Shown piece after piece: positions 11,545 to 26,217 of a DNA stretch of 42,503 nucleotides; within the stretch, counting starts at the first letter, position 1; each line of letters begins with the position of its first letter. A model generated the notes under the pieces. The model was not told the origin of the DNA, searched no databases, and saw nothing but the letters and a program-made list of their open reading frames with translations. Both the position numbers and the translations under genes were made by a program. Origin of the DNA: Zancudomyces culisetae HAW-14-8. Taxonomy: Eukaryota > Fungi > Kickxellomycota. Location: assembly GCA_052426225.1 (NCBI GenBank), contig JBNJNM010000025.1, forward strand, positions 1-42,503. The letters run 5' to 3'.

Positions 11545-14043
11545 CTCTTTAGATATTTATGTTGATTTTGCAAACCTAGATTGACTCAACCAACAGAATC
11601 CGAGTTGTGCTTTTAAAACAGCAAAATCTTACACAACGCAATTCTATCTGTATTGTCTACAACTCTCTTAATGAAAAAATTAAAAAAATAAAACATAAGC
11701 AGCTGGCCTTCATGAATTTATAGCTAAAAGATACTGTTAGTTTATACAATTTATGTACTCAATAAAAACATGTAAATTCATATTTTTGTTGTTTTGTGGT
11801 GCTATTGTAACTAGCTCAGTTTGATTTGCGCATGTTACCAGAGCTACTCTGATTTCTGAATTTTTAGCACCAAATGTGCACAAATGCCAGGTTATGCGTA
11901 ACCAGATGGTCAACACGCTATGCTGGTAGCCGGCTTTCGACCATTTTGCTGGTATAATCACTTACACAAAGATTAAAGCCTTCAGCTAAAAAAAGATGAT
12001 CAGATTGTGTTTTTTCTTCATAATGAAAGAACATGTTTATCGTATTTTATCATGTGATTTATTCTGTTTTTCATAATCCTGTAATAAAATGCTTTTCCGA
12101 GTATCCAAGAGTCTGGGTGTTTAAGTATCTTTGGTTGCGAAGCTAGCACCATCGGTAGTGGTATATTACATTCTAAATGTAAAAACACGATGACTTTTAG
12201 GTAGGTAGTTTTGTTAAAACTTTAAACCCGGAAATGAAAATTGTATTTGTGCTTGTATGAAACTGGGCATGAATTCGATAACTGACTAGATGGAATATTC
12301 CATTAAACCTAATACTGTATCGATTATTTGTGTTTTTCGAGTTAAAAAAATAGAAGCATATATCACCATTCAGCGGTGATGTATTCCTTTTCTTTTAAAT
12401 TTGAATTTTATATTAATCAACATTGCAAGTCATTTTTGGTCGCTTGACTATAATGTTTAGAATAGTAGTTTTCTTAGCGCATAATACAAGTCGCCATTTA
12501 AACTAAGAAAAAAGCGCATTGAAAACGTGAGAACATACTCGTAAAACCGGTATAAACTCCATCATATAAAAGTGCCTTGCTTTAAATGTATTTGCCTTTA
12601 AATGCATTTGCGAGAGTCACGTGTTAATCAAGTGAAATTACACCCAAAAGCCTTGCTTTGCAACTGCCACTATTACGGGTATAAATAGTTTTAGCATCAT
12701 TAATAGTTCATCATTGGAAACCCAACCTTTCAAGAAAAAAATTGATGAAACGTGCTTGTTGCACACTCTGTAAGTCCCTGCCTACTGTTACTAAATCAAC
12801 TGGTTATTCAGCTTCAAACTTTTTCTAAATTTACTTCACCTCCTACCTTGGTTATTTGGAAAATGTAAAAAAAGAAAAAACTTTTTTCCAAACTCCTTTC
12901 AGGTTATAAAAAATAAAAGCGGAATCTAGATGCTAAAAGATGGCTGACCATATCCCTACTACCCATCTCTAAACCATGTTTGTTTCTTAATAGAAGAAAT
13001 GAGATACAACCAAATCGTCATGCGAACATGTACCTATTTTTTACCAATAACCTACCACTGTGCTATTTGATAGCATAGATCAATGTGTAAAAATATATTT
13101 GGGACAACAAAAATATCATGACTCCGAGCTGGTTATTCATTAAACATCATAAAATGAAAAGATGTTAATTTGTTTCGATAACTACATTTATCACAGACAT
13201 TCAAGTGCTCGTAAACTCTGCTGTGTGCCCCAAGACTTCTACCACTGGGTTATCAATATTTTGCATGCCTTTTAGTGAAAAGACGGAATTTAGGCTGTAA
13301 TAGTTAGGATTCTCTAATATTGTAACTTCTATTTGAGTATATTCTTAATTTCACAGAGTTTTTAAATAAAACTAAATATATTTACCCCAACTGTTTGTTT
13401 CCTAATCAAATAAATGGGAAATTTGGATGATTTCACGTTTTTGGGCTATAAGGATGTATCTCATATTACTCAAATAGGGGTCCTGTGCAGACACAGTAGA
13501 AAGATAGAGTCGGCTAGTTTTCTTAGAGTCCTATACTATTAGCGTTTCATTTTTTTTTATGAGAAACCTTTTTCAACCTTTTAGTTAACAAAACTGTAGA
13601 TAATAAGGAAATTAATATATTTGACCTTGGGATTGAACAAACATTCTTACCATACAACTATTAACAATTACATAAATAACAATTAACCACTAGAAGGGAA
13701 CAAGTAAATGGGTAATAATCAAACCCAAAATCAAGCTGAAATGTTGGGAAGGTCTAACATTCTGGTAATTATAACAACAATAGTATGAAAAATTGGTTAG
13801 AAAAAAAATATGGGTTCAGATAAGGGGAATCTGTTGATATAAAAGAGTGGGAGGAATCAAGGGAATGGAATCAAGTAGGTTAGCGAACAGTCTAGTATTT
13901 AGCTATTTTTTAAGCTTACTATTCAGTCGATACACTAATTTTGTTTAGCAAACAAGATCCTTATTAAATATCTTTGAAACCAAAGGTACGTCTTGTCATT
14001 TGCATCAAAACCTTTTTAACAAAACAAAAAATAAAAAACTAAA

Positions 14044-15162
14044 ATGCTAGCCAAATATACCTTGTTCAGCATTACCACTTTTGAGTTTGCCGCTATTGCT
14101 AGTGCTCATAGCAGAACTTTGATATTTGGAGACAGTATCTCTGACATAGGAAACGCCAACAGGACAGTTGACCCACAAGGTGTGCCATACTGGAAGGGTA
14201 GATTTTCCAACGGGCCAGTATGGAATGAATACTTTGCAAAATGGAGTAGCCATATCTTGATTAATTATGCATTTGGTGGTGCGGTATCAAACAATACTGC
14301 TATACACATCTTTGATCACCAGATGCCCAAAGTTCCTGACACTCTCCAGCAAATCGACACCTTTAATGCGACATTTGGAGGTAAATTTTCTGATGATGTT
14401 TTGAGTAACGACATAGCGGTCGTAGAAATAGGTGGAAATGACATTTTTGATGCAGTTGATGGGTTGAGGGACGGTACACTTAATCCAGATGCATACTCAA
14501 CCTCTGTTTCATCAAGTATTGGGGCTGCAGTGTCAAAATTGGTGGATATGGGATACAAAAAATTTTTTATTCCCAATATTCCGGATATTTCATCAATCCC
14601 TGCTGCACATGACGCATCGTTTTTTGCAAGAATGATACTCAGAGGACTTGTTGCAGAAATTAATGTAAAAACAAATAGAATTCTATCAAACATGCAAAAG
14701 AATCCCTCTTTGGATATACAGTACATCAAAACACTGGACCTTTTCAATCTTATTGATAAAATACAAGAACCAGAAATTAGCAGTGCACTCGGAGTCATCA
14801 ACGCTAAAGCTCCCTGCTATGTAATGGATTCCAAGTTCAAAGTTACTAAATCATGTGAAGATTCTGATAAATATGCATTTATAGACATCATACATCCCAC
14901 TACAAGAGTCCACGCATTGTTAGGAGCCATAGCTAGTACAATATTGCAAGAGGGAAGCTTTGATGGTACGACCAAATCAATTCTTGGATTGATTTTCAAG
15001 CACAACTTGATTAACATTTCTTCATTGCAAAATCCACTATATAATATTGATACACATGATACTGGTGTTACGAATATTCCTACTTATGACGTAAAGAAAT
15101 CACAAGATAATGCATCAAAAATAATTTATGATGCCAACAACGATTTACCTGGTATTAACTGA
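14044..15162 (+). CDS. Secreted GDSL/SGNH lipase-acylhydrolase (thermolabile-hemolysin/fatty-acyltransferase-like), 372 aa
   Basis: Signal peptide, block I FGDSISD, GRFSNGPVW, block II NYAFGGA, block III EIGGND and block V FIDIIHPT. Catalytic Ser, Asp and His are all present. Intronless. Confidence 0.93.
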   Translation: MLAKYTLFSITTFEFAAIASAHSRTLIFGDSISDIGNANRTVDPQGVPYWKGRFSNGPVWNEYFAKWSSHILINYAFGGAVSNNTAIHIFDHQMPKVPDTLQQIDTFNATFGGKFSDDVLSNDIAVVEIGGNDIFDAVDGLRDGTLNPDAYSTSVSSSIGAAVSKLVDMGYKKFFIPNIPDISSIPAAHDASFFARMILRGLVAEINVKTNRILSNMQKNPSLDIQYIKTLDLFNLIDKIQEPEISSALGVINAKAPCYVMDSKFKVTKSCEDSDKYAFIDIIHPTTRVHALLGAIASTILQEGSFDGTTKSILGLIFKHNLINISSLQNPLYNIDTHDTGVTNIPTYDVKKSQDNASKIIYDANNDLPGIN

Positions 15163-16339
15163 ACAAACACTAATATATTGAACACAGGAAGCTCTACTAC
15201 ACCAGCTGCTGGGTCGACATAGTTTTCATTCGGAAAATTGGCTAAACTTGGATTATTAGTTCATTTATTTATGTTTCCATTCCCCCCATGTAGAGTTGAT
15301 GATGAGTCAAGCATTCTGATGCTACATAACCAATTCAATAAATTATTGTTTCAAACTCTTCCTTGTGAAAAAGTTACTCTGAGAATCATGATATAGCCAG
15401 AATTGTATGTGACATTTGACAAAGTTGGTGTTTTACCAATATTGTTGAGGTTTTTTTTTATCCGTAACACCATTCCCTTTCCGCTATATTATCCATTTTC
15501 CCTAATAATAAAAAACCAACAGATTTGCCGCATTAGCCATCTGATTAAATTAAACTGAGAAAAGGTCAAAGGAAAACCAACTAAAAGGAAACGGTTACTT
15601 GGTGAGGCAAATCATGCTCTCTGACGGGTTTGATTCTGGTTTATGTGTAATAAACATGAACAGAATTTTCACATTTATAATTATTTGGCTGATGATTTCC
15701 TGTTTTTATGGAAAGAAATTGTAGCAGATCAGATATATTTAATTACCATCATAAATTAGCCTACCAAAAGGTGAAAAGGAAATAGGTAGAAACCAGACCC
15801 CAACATCAAGCTGTAATGATTGAGAAGAGCCAGTACATAACTATTATAACAATATTAAGAAACGTTGGTTATCAAAGTAGTGAGAGTACGGTTGAAATGA
15901 GTTTATACAGATAAAAAAGCAAGACAAATCAAGAGAATAAGGGCAAACATATTAACGAATGGGTTAGTCTTTGTCTGTTATTTAAATCTGTTAGTTGCTA
16001 AACGTACTAGTTTGATTTGGCAAATAAAATACTTGTTGAATAGTTTTGAAAATACAGCTTAACTCCTTCTCCCCATCACTTCCTACTATTTTATGACCAC
16101 CATTCAGTCAATCAATGCTGATGATAAATTAGCCATTTTAATGATAAAGATACTATCGTAATCAAAATATTATCTGATATACAGTAGTTATTCAGGTATA
16201 AACTTTCAACATTAGTTTATTAGTACAAAATAAATAACAGCATCAAACGAGCTAGTAATCATTTTTATAATATCAAATAAGTTGTATTTACTAGTAAAGG
16301 GGAACCGCAAAACATAAAAACACATACGGGCCCAAATAA

Positions 16340-16789
16340 TCATACATGCCCTTGCAATAACAAAAGCATTAGCAATACAAGCAAAGTTAAGGTATTAATG
16401 GATCCAAAACGCATAGAGGAACCAAAAGCTTTGTATCTGTTTCCACTGCTGACACTTCTCGTCTTCATGCTTCGTACAGAAACAATAACATTACATCCTG
16501 TATTTCTTGAGCACCCTGATTTATCGCTGACTATTCGAAGCACATTCAGGCCAACATTCAAACACATTTCGTCTGTCCCATAAGCTGTATAGTTGAAGTT
16601 TGTGACAGGAGTATCGTCAATACAGTTGATCAGTTCGCGTGTACCATTGAGGTATAGAGCTTGGCTGGACTTTGGTGCACCATTTTCGAAAAGGATCATT
16701 CCATTGATACTTGCACAAATAGGAATAGTTAAAGGTACTTGAAAACAGAGTACTGGGTCTATACCCACATCTAAATTTTCTTGTGACAT
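16340..16789 (-). CDS. Hypothetical Cys-containing surface protein, probably GPI-anchored; 5' end may be incomplete
   Basis: 149-aa ATG ORF with six Cys, N-glycosylation sequons (NGT, NYT) and a Ser-rich linker before the hydrophobic tail LTLLVLLMLLLLQGHV. No signal peptide is visible. Confidence 0.5.
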   Translation of the reverse strand: MSQENLDVGIDPVLCFQVPLTIPICASINGMILFENGAPKSSQALYLNGTRELINCIDDTPVTNFNYTAYGTDEMCLNVGLNVLRIVSDKSGCSRNTGCNVIVSVRSMKTRSVSSGNRYKAFGSSMRFGSINTLTLLVLLMLLLLQGHV

Positions 16790-18030
16790 TGTTTATGTGA
16801 TTGACTTTTGTTTATGCCTTTTCTTCTCACCTGGTGTGAAAATCAAAAGCTGTAAAATAATAAAACCCTGTTTTATCTTATTATAATAAAGCTTGAATTA
16901 AATTATAAAATAAGAAGATGGTGTGTTGGTGATTCCTCTTTAAGGGAATCTCAGGGAAATATGTTAGATATATATGAAAACGACGATCATGGAATAAAAA
17001 AAAGTGTGCTATTGCATTTATTTTCTAAATAATTAAACATAATGGATGGTGAGTTGTGCTAGAAAATAATGATGTTGTGGTATATACTATAACCAACTGG
17101 TTAGTGTTGGGTTTATATAAAAATAGAACGTGTAGTTGATAGGTTTTTGTTGCCGTACAAAGAAATACAAACAAAATAAAAGCTTGGTTATTAAAAAATC
17201 ATTTTTGAAACCACCGTTTTTCTTCATAGCCCAGGTGTAGACATGAAATGATCCCAAAAAAAGCGTGAAAAATCTACAGTTATTTCAGTGGATGCTAGCT
17301 TTGACTTATTTTTATCTTTTAGGTGCTCAAAGGTTTATTATTTCCAAATAACACCAGTATTTAGATTGAACATTGAAAGGACCCAAGATTGGATAGCATG
17401 GTGGTGTGATGGTTATTTTTAATGTTGTTTTTTCGGACACCTCTGTGTGTTAAAAGAGAGTGAGTTGAAGATAATTTGGAGTACCAATAAGGAACGTTCA
17501 GGGCTGTGGGAGTAAATAGTACTCTTCACCAAACATTTCAACCAAAAGCAAAGTGTTACAATTTAATTTTACCAGTGAATTATGCGGCTGGATACAAATA
17601 AAGAAAACGTCAACGCCAATTGACAGGGTCAAAGCACAATTTTTATTGAGTGGGTGAGGGGAGGAGGTAATATCGTAACTTCTAGCTTTAATGTAGTCGA
17701 GTAAGATGGTTCTTTTTTTATACAAAACGTGGTTTTTGAGAACAGTATTTTTATATAAACATTGAAAAAGAGACAAACATTTGGAAGGACAAAGCAAGAC
17801 AAAACCGAAAAAAGAACCGGATGTTGTAAAGGCTGAGGTATCAAAAGCATTAAGAAAAGGCAGGTATTACAATACCTCTGCTCTGAACAGGAAGGGTTGA
17901 CTAGAGCCCTCTTTTTGAAGGAGAATAAAAGTGGTCAACTAAAAGAGAAACTTGAAACAAGGGAAAAATAGTTGACAAAAAGAAGGATACAAAATCGAGG
18001 TATTTTTTAGTGGGTGAGGGTGGGAAGAAA

Positions 18031-18063
18031 GATAAAATGGTGATAAAATGGTGATAAAATGGT
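18031..18063. repeat. Tandem repeat (GATAAAATGGT)x3
   Basis: Read directly from the sequence. Confidence 0.85.
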
Positions 18064-19248
18064 GGGATTAAAATATATGATTAGTTTGAGAACGGCTCGT
18101 ATAGTAAGCAAACCAAGCAACTATCACAATGGCCAATACCACTACTTGTGATCTCTTTATTCAGGAATCTCGTATATATGAAAAGAGTATACTGCTTGTT
18201 AAGGTTTTAGTTATAGCTATGGTCACAATGCCAGGGTATGGGAGAAAATCTACTTTTTGTAGATTCGCAACCAAAACATAAAAAATTGTCAGCAGATTAG
18301 ATGTGACAAAAAAAAAGCATGAATTTAACGGAAAAGTGGAAAAAAAGCTAATTCGCAACTGACCTGTGCTTCAACACAATATCGCTGTTTAAAAAAAAAA
18401 ATTTCCAAAACAAGAAAAAGCAGATTACATGAAGGACCAAATAAAATTATGGGAAAAAAAAAAAGAAATACAAATAAAAGCGGAATTCTAGAGTAGGGGA
18501 ATAATCCCAGGAAACCACAAATCTCATGGTATTACAAATGGTGTTTTGAAAATATTTTAATGGGGGGGAGGAGCTGAGATAAAGCGAGTTAATCAAAAAC
18601 ACATTCTAGAAAAAAAAAATTTTTTTTTTCTCCTTGAAATAAACAAAAAATAATTAAAAAAGGGAGCCGTTGAGATTTGATTTGTTAGGAGCTGAAATCA
18701 CAATTTTTGGTGAATTAGCGGCTGGAACTTTAATCAAACTAGAGGAACATGGAGGGGGGTTTGGGGGGCAAAAGTGGATATTGTATTTGAGCAGGCAGCA
18801 AATAAATAGGCGAATAAAAAGCCAGAAATATGATAAACACAACACCATGGGCAGCGCAATAGGTTTATTCCATCCTCTTATCTCGTTGCTAATATTTTCG
18901 TTCTTTTGGTGTTTTAGAGAGCTGCAAGTGCGAACCACAAATCCATATATTTCTGCTTTTGAGTTACGTCCTAATAAAAAAAAAGGTAAATGGATAAGAG
19001 AGAGAGAAGGAGTAAAAGAGTGGGAGCCAACTAACAAGGAAATAGAAACAGAAATAGAGACTGACATATCAGTAGTGACAGTGGGGACAGGCTTTGCTCA
19101 ACACACAGGAACGAAAGAATAGATTTATTTCTTTTCTTCACACGGTTATTGGCACAAACACACATACACTAGGACTTACAGACGCAATATCCTCTGTACA
19201 TATTTTTACGCGTAAAAGGAAAAGAAAATAAAAGAAAAATTAAAGAAA

Positions 19249-20818
19249 ATGGGATCTGGAGACTCGAGGGCAAAGATATATGGAGCGTTCAAAAAGTTGG
19301 ATGTGGATAATGATGGATTGGTTGGTGTGCGGGATTTGGTTGACGGATATCGACAGACATATCCAGAAGATACCACACATCAATTATCCAGCAACGAAGC
19401 ACAACTGATTTTACGAGAGATTGGATTGTCACTAGAACAAAAGACTGGTATTGTTGGCGCAGATCGGGTAGAAACGGGGGTTAGTTTCGAGGATTTTTGG
19501 GAGTACTTGCAACAACACGCATTGCTGGCTGAAATAATGTTGGATTTCCAAAAGTCACAACAAAAAGGCCTAAGTACAACGGAAACAGAGATTGAAAGAA
19601 AGAACAGAGAAGAAGCGGGTACCCGAGTGTTGGAGGTGTTTATATCAGTGGTGCGACCAAACATACTTGCGATTGGAGGGTTTCCACAAGAAGATTCAGA
19701 GGTTTTGATACATAAAGGAAGGCGCGGAGTTGAGCTGGAACGCAAGAAAGAGCTGCCGATGTGGAGCAGCCGATATTGGTTCGGAGACGCAGACATTACG
19801 TGGCTCAAGCATCTGTTAGCAGGAGGAGTAGCAGGGGCAGTATCAAGAACAACGGTTAGTCCCTTGGAGCGAATGAAGATATTGTTCCAGGTAAGCATAT
19901 ATACAAATTCCAATATTGTTAGTGTAGAAAAAGGCAAAGATAAAAGGAATAAGGGGCTTTGACTAAATAAACTAAAAAATAAATTAATAAATGAAAAAGG
20001 TTCAAGGCAAAGGAACAGGCAACTATAATGGAGTGATAAATACATTGGTGAAGATCTGGAAAGAGGAAGGACCGAAAGGGTACATGCGAGGAAATGGCAC
20101 AAATGTGGTGAGAATTGTTCCATATTCGGCGGTGCAGTTTGCAACATACGAGCAGTTCAAGCGACTATTAATGGAGCCGGGCAAGTCGGAGTTGGATACA
20201 AAGAGGAGATTGACGGCAGGGGCGTTGGCAGGGATAGCATCTGTGTCAGCGACATATCCGCTGGATATTGTGCGAACGCGAATCAGTGTGCAGACAGGAA
20301 AGCTGTTGGAGCATGCAGAAAAACTGCCAAAAGACAAACGGGGGCGACCAGTGCTTCCGCCAATGCCAGGAATCTACCGTACAACCATCAACATATACAT
20401 GAACGAAGGTGGAATTAGAGCGATATTCCGAGGACTAGGGGCGACACTGATGGGGGTGGCACCGTATGTTGCGCTGAATTTCCAGTGCTACGAAGTATTG
20501 CGCAAGTATTTCACACCACCTGGGGAGACATCGCCCAATGGAATGCGCAAACTGGCGTGTGGAGCGTTAGCAGGATGTGTTGCGCAGACAGTGACATATC
20601 CACTGGATGTACTGCGCCGGAAAATGCAAGTAGCGTCGATGGCAGAACTGGGATTGCAATACAAAAGCACATGGGATGCATGCAAGCAAGTTGTACGCAG
20701 CGAAGGGTTTGGCGGACTATATAAAGGATTGGTACCAAACTATCTCAAAGTCGCACCAGCGATCGGTGTTAGTTTCCTCACCTACGAGCTCTGCAACGAT
20801 TTCCTCAAGCATGTGTAA
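19249..20818 (+). CDS. Mitochondrial carrier (SLC25 family, adenine-nucleotide/CoA-type core) with N-terminal EF-hand region; exons 19249-19890 and 20000-20818
   Basis: EF loop DVDNDGLVGVRD. Three carrier signatures: PLERMK, PLDIVRTR, PLDVLRRK. Intron 19891-19999 (GTAAGC...AAG) joins KILFQ|VQGKG in frame. Confidence 0.92.
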
Positions 20819-21867
20819 AGACTGCATACCAGTTGTCGCGATCGTAGCCGCTTTCCACGACCTGGTTGGCTGCGCTGGCCTGCTGAATTAGCGCCTCAAG
20901 CTCGTTCTTTTTAAACATATGGTAATACCGGTATTGTGTGGAGTCTCCTGTTGTCCATGGAACCAAGAAATCCTGATTGCCTTGGTCAAACTTTCGCTTT
21001 CCGTCTTGTTCATGCGCCCACACATACAGTAGCACCTTGCCTCCCTTTTTTACGATTCTAGATATTTCCTATTTTTCATTGTTTCCCACCTTTTTTTTCT
21101 TTCACTGCTTTATCTTTACATAAATAGCATTATTCTATAAATAATTCTCCCCGCTTACCTGGATTGCCTTGATTCTTCGTTCATCAGACGACAAATGATG
21201 TAACACGGCTATACAAATGGCAAAATCCTATCATGTAAATTATTATTTCGCATTTTTAATATGTTTTGATGTATTGTTTCTAATATACTGGCATTATCCG
21301 AGCTAATGTGTTTAAAAGGGCTTACAAAGGCTCCGGTCCGATATGGTAGCGACAAACAATCGCAGATTAGCCCCTCATACCCTCGTTCGGTAACGATACT
21401 GATCAAGTTTTTACTCCTATGGGTTATTTTACACAGTCGTGAATTTTAAAATCAACTCCAAAAACTATGGGAGCTTGTCTGGTTTAGAAGCGTTTGATAT
21501 TTAGAACATACCTATCTGATCCAGAAATAAATAAATCTCTGGTACTGCTGGCGTTATCTTTTTCGTTTTCAGTAGCACTTGTGTTTGTTTTGGTATCGTC
21601 ACCAGTCGCTTTCGTATCGTCACCAGCAGCCGCTTTGTTTGCAGGACTAGTTACATTTCGCAAACCCATGTATTTTCCATTTCCACAACCGACATCCGCG
21701 CCAAGACTTCCGGGTTCCAAACTGCCAATAAATCTTGCAATAACTGGCCAGGGTTTGTAGCGCGTATTGCTAAAATGGTTGGAGATTTGGTCGTAGACAT
21801 TGTGGACATATTCAAGTTCTTTTTGCGAATCGGATATTTCGAGTTGATCTTTTAATGGTGTTTTCAT
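20805..21867 (-). CDS. TRM9: tRNA wobble-uridine carboxymethyl methyltransferase (Trm9/ALKBH8-type); exons 21867-21512, 21416-21326, 21227-21159, 21068-20805
   Basis: ELEYVHNVYDQISNHFSNTRYKPWP, SAM motif DVGCGNGKY, DFAICIAVLHHL, LLYVWAHEQ, YRYYHMF, YDRDNW. Three GT-AG introns restore a continuous frame. Confidence 0.93.
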
Positions 21868-23145
21868 GGTTGCTTGGACTAGTATTTTTGGTATTTATAA
21901 TATAGGTACAGTTGAAGGGAGGTAAAAGTAGTGCACAGGTGATTCTAGTTGGAACAGAGTATACGTTTCTGGTTTGTTACTTTGCTATCCACTATTAAAT
22001 GGAGTTTTAAAATAAAATAAAATACACCAAATTATTACTTGTAAAAAAAAACTATTGGAAACTCTTCTTTTTTTCCCCCTATTTTCTCTATATTTTTCCT
22101 GGAATCTGGTATGATTACAACAATCAACAAATTTAACACGCTACATCCCTTTTTTTTTCTCATTTTTTGATTTTTTTTTTTGTGGAATGACCAGTGAAAA
22201 AATAAAATCAAATGGGTAAAATGTTAAAAAAAATTTTTTTTTACTCTCATGTTTTTTGATTACAGAGTAATTGCATTTAGTGATTCATGGTATGCGACTA
22301 TAGAAAAAAAAAGTATATCATAGAAGAGAGCATTCATATACTTGAACTCAATAATTAATAATACACCTCCCCCCCCCCACACCCCCTCCCTCCCACAAAC
22401 TGTATCCAAACAGTGGTACTACATTGCGTAATCACAAAAATCGTAAAAAATGAAAATAAATCAAGATAAAACAAAATGAAAAACTGATAATCTCTGAAAA
22501 AAAAATTACCAAATCCTTCCCCCTCCCCCTTCCCCCCTTGCTCCTCTTACTCGCATTCTCCTTGCCAGCATCAAATGGAAAAAAGCGCATCGATAAGCAA
22601 AAAATGCGTGTTTAACCAAACTTGTCACTAAACAAAAAGTTTTGTTTTTAATTTTTTTTTTACTTTTTTTTTTTGCATAAGGCATATCAAAATACAAGAA
22701 AAGAGTATGGCACATTAGAGAGAGAAAGACAATGTAAGATGTTCAAGGCCATGTTCCCCCCAACCCCCAACCCTCACCCCCAATTCCCCTCCTCACTCTT
22801 TCTCCTCTTCACAATTTTGCATTAATTTGAATTTTTTTTTATTTTGAAAAATTCTGTAGGCAACAAGCAAAATCCTAGCAACAGGGTCAAAGATATTATT
22901 TGCCAGAAAATCCGAAGAAAAAAATTACCTAATAATCAAAGCAAAATCAAAGTGCACTTTTGTTATAATCAACATTTTTTTTTGTAGCTAAATTAATACA
23001 TAATTAATAAAGAAAAGAACTTTGGTCGTATTTTGGACATACTTATTGCTAATTTCCAAAAGTTCATTCCAAAAGATCTTTTTATTCTTTTCTACAATAC
23101 CAAAATTTTAAGGGTAGTCTTGTGGAAATCAGCACCAATATCTAA

Positions 23146-26121
<2,976 letters not shown>

Positions 26122-26217
26122 TTTTTTTTTCATTCTTCTTTTCCCTTTTTTTTTTTTTAAAAAAAAATAAATATATAAACATATAAATAAAAGTAACTAG
26201 TATAATAACAATTAATT

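Noticed and set aside
18670-19122. 150-aa (+) ORF and overlapping 137-aa (-) ORF upstream of the carrier
   Set aside because: The (+) ORF has a non-ATG start. Both show low-complexity, skew-driven composition and no recognisable motif; more likely promoter or 5' UTR.
19380-20147. 255-aa antisense ORF, and similar shadow ORFs opposite ARG5,6, MEX67, SEC27, RPN1 and the GDSL gene
   Set aside because: They lie opposite well-supported genes, one spans an intron, and they are explained by codon bias.
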